Below, piece by piece: positions 61,678 through 64,000 of a stretch of DNA of 64,000 nucleotides. Made by a program: the position numbers and the translations under genes. The DNA comes from Eledone cirrhosa (lineage: Eukaryota). The DNA is taken from positions 4,526,001-4,590,000 of the forward strand of contig OZ024742.1 in the NCBI GenBank assembly GCA_964016885.1, given 5' to 3'. Below the pieces are notes generated by a model, which was given only the letters and a program-made list of their open reading frames with translations, searched no databases and was not told where the DNA came from. Every line of letters starts with the position of its first letter. Position 1 is the stretch's first letter.

Positions 61678-61854
61678 TGTTTCTACGTTGGCACAAGGCC
61701 ATCAATTAACTAGTGCATTACTGGTACTTTATTTTATCGACCCCGTAAGGATGAAAGGCAAAGTTAACCTTGGCGGGATTTGAACTCAGAATGGAAAGGG
61801 CCGTAACTCTAAGCATGGCGTCCGACCCTCTACCGATACTGCCAATCGACCGCC
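61678..61854 (-). mobile_element. Full-length SINE family A with probable TSD
   Basis: Family A sequence flanked by tatga(a/g)cgataataat (61662-61677 and 61856-61871). Confidence 0.88.
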
Positions 61855-62039
61855 ATATGAGCGATAATAATATGCTGTTATAAATTCCATTCATGTAATA
61901 ATACAATAAGTGGTAGGGTATGAAACATCCTCTGTTACGTAGTCCTTTCTAATTGTGTAGATGATATAGTCGAGGCCTGTCATATGGTCTTTATTTTTTT
62001 GTAACTGACTTTTCGGGTGATAAAGATTTTATGATACTT

Positions 62040-62265
62040 TCTTTCGTGTAAGAAGACCAGAGTAGACAGCAGTAGGTGGGACCAGGCAAAAGTAGAGAAG
62101 AGGAAGATTTAGGTGAGGATATCTCTCGACCGAAACTTTCCAAGAATCTTGCGAGACATGTCATCTCTGTTGTTCAAATGAGTATCACAGCTTAGGTTGT
62201 TATCAACAATTACTCCCAGGTCTCTGGTGTTGTTGGATGCTACGAGGGTTTCACCTAAGGGAATA
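62040..62265 (-). mobile_element. CR1/Jockey-group LINE RT fragment
   Basis: RDLGVIVDNNLSCDTH motif. Confidence 0.6.
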
Positions 62266-62507
62266 GAATATATATATAAGTATATAATATATATTTCGTT
62301 TCTGAATTTGTTTAGCAAGATTCTTTATCTGAAATCGTGTGTTGAAACCGATATTGTTATACTTTGGGAGGGTCATGTTGCCAATAAGAAACACACGCAC
62401 CATTGCTTTCACTTCAATATATTATATATTTATAAATTTATAAATTTACAAACTTATAAATTTCTGGTTGGTTGGTTGGTTCCACAACCAGATAGTTGTT
62501 TATATAT

Positions 62508-62552
62508 AGTCATAGTCCTTTCGTCACACACTCTGTGACCTCTTCAGTGACT
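62508..62552 (-). ncRNA. Type I hammerhead in the inverted pLTR upstream of the PLE RT
   Basis: agtca CTGAAGA g gtcaca-gagtg-tgtgac GAAA ggac TA tgact. Confidence 0.85.
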
Positions 62553-62604
62553 GGGGATTCCTTTCTTTGTTTCTGTGCCTTTCCTTTCTTCTATCCTACG
62601 CCAT

Positions 62605-64000
62605 TTAGGCAGTATGGATGTTGTGTCCCTGTATCCATCTATTGACGTGGATTTTGCTGTGGAGAAATGCGTAGAAATGATCAGCGAGAGCAAGGTTGAG
62701 TTCCGTGGGATTGATACCAGTGAGCTGGGACTTCTACTTAAGCTTACCCATATTAATAGTTACCTAGACACTTATGACCTTAGCAACCTGTGCCCTACAA
62801 GACCAGCAAGAGGCAGACCACCTACCATTACCTCACTGGCCAAGAAAACCCACACAGATAGATGGAACGGGTGGACCAGAGCCATACGGACACCCGAAAA
62901 CCACGATGAACTGAAGAAAATGATTGCACATGCGGTAGGGGCCAGCATAAAATTAACCCTTAAGGAACATATGTTCAAATTTAATGGTAAAACATATGCC
63001 CAAGAGGAAGGAGCAGCCATTGGTGTTAGCATTGCAGGCGACATAGCTAACTTATTCATGGTATGGTGGGACAGTAGACTTAAACAAAAACTTAAAGAAC
63101 AATTAGAAGACAGCTTAACCCTGATAATGTACTCCCGCTACGTAAATGATATAAACATCGTAGTTAAGACACCCCCACTAAAGAACAGTCAGGAACTAGA
63201 GAAAAACACAATGGAAAGCATCCAGCAAATAGCAAACTCCATCCACCAGAGCATTAGAGTTACTATAGACTACCCAATTAGACACCCCAACCATCGATTA
63301 CCTGTACTAGACACAGAGCTCTGGTTAGATACCATTAACAACCAAAAACAAATCCTCCATTCCCATTATGCCAAACCCATGACTTCCAAACATCTGATCC
63401 ACCGAAACTCGGCCATTTCGGACCATACCAAAATCAACATACTGATTGCGGATTTGGTACGGGTGATGAGAAATGTGTCCCGCATGTGCAACCCCGAAGA
63501 ACTAGAGAGACACATACAACACTTCATCCACCGTATGCAGTTCTCTGGCTACAATCAGAGAGATAGAATCAGAGTGTATAAAGGAGCCAGAACCAAATGG
63601 GAAAAAATGGTAAATAATTGTTTCTACTTTTGGCACAAGGCCAGCAATTACCCAGTACATTACTGGTACTTTATTTTATCGACCCCGTAAGGATGAAAGG
63701 CAAAGTTAACTTCGGCGGGATTTGAACACAGACCGTAAAGGGACGTAACTATGCTGGAAAGCATGGCGTCCGACTCTCTACTGATACTGCCAATCCACCG
63801 CCCTAAAAATGGTAAATAATGACATAAATGGGACCTGCCCCTTGTATAGGAGCAAATTTTGGAATAGAATAGAAAGAACTAGGAACAAGGCCAATAGAAT
63901 AAACTCATGGTATGATAGCAATAAATACCAGAGTGTAATGTTCATCAATACAACCCCTAGAGGCGAACTAACCTACAAATTTAGAAGGGCCCTAAATAAA
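62605..64000 (+). mobile_element. 5'-truncated Penelope-like reverse transcriptase, interrupted by a SINE, runs off the window
   Basis: SMDVVSLYPSI, QEEGAAIG..IANLFM, RYVNDI (YVDD altered), LPVLD, HYAKP, SGY. The frame stays open after the SINE is removed (CPLYRSKFW...VMFINTTP). Confidence 0.9.
63619..63804 (-). mobile_element. Full-length SINE family A with 16-bp TSD
   Basis: aaaaatggtaaataat at 63603-63618 and 63805-63820. Confidence 0.93.

Overview
Eukaryotic, repeat-saturated DNA with no confidently callable host gene. The SINE and microsatellite style suggests an invertebrate, possibly a cephalopod (inference). Contents: two decayed L1/Tx1-clade LINEs; a 14.7-kb array of a 45-bp unit with higher-order structure and long open frames; a pile-up of SINE, Tx1, R4/Dong-like and RTE retroelements in one (AAT)n tract; non-autonomous Helitron-like pieces; many tRNA-type SINEs; and a 200-N gap. 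The most striking hidden layer is 37-64 kb. At least eight unrelated Penelope-like (PLE) insertions sit there, mostly in (TA)n and mostly as fold-back inverted repeats. Together they carry about ten type I hammerhead ribozyme motifs, several with non-canonical cores (U3-A8 covariation, U4 substitutions, an extra nucleotide after A9, extended stem II). A candidate HDV-like ribozyme sits exactly at the RTE 5' end. All RNA structures were paired by eye.
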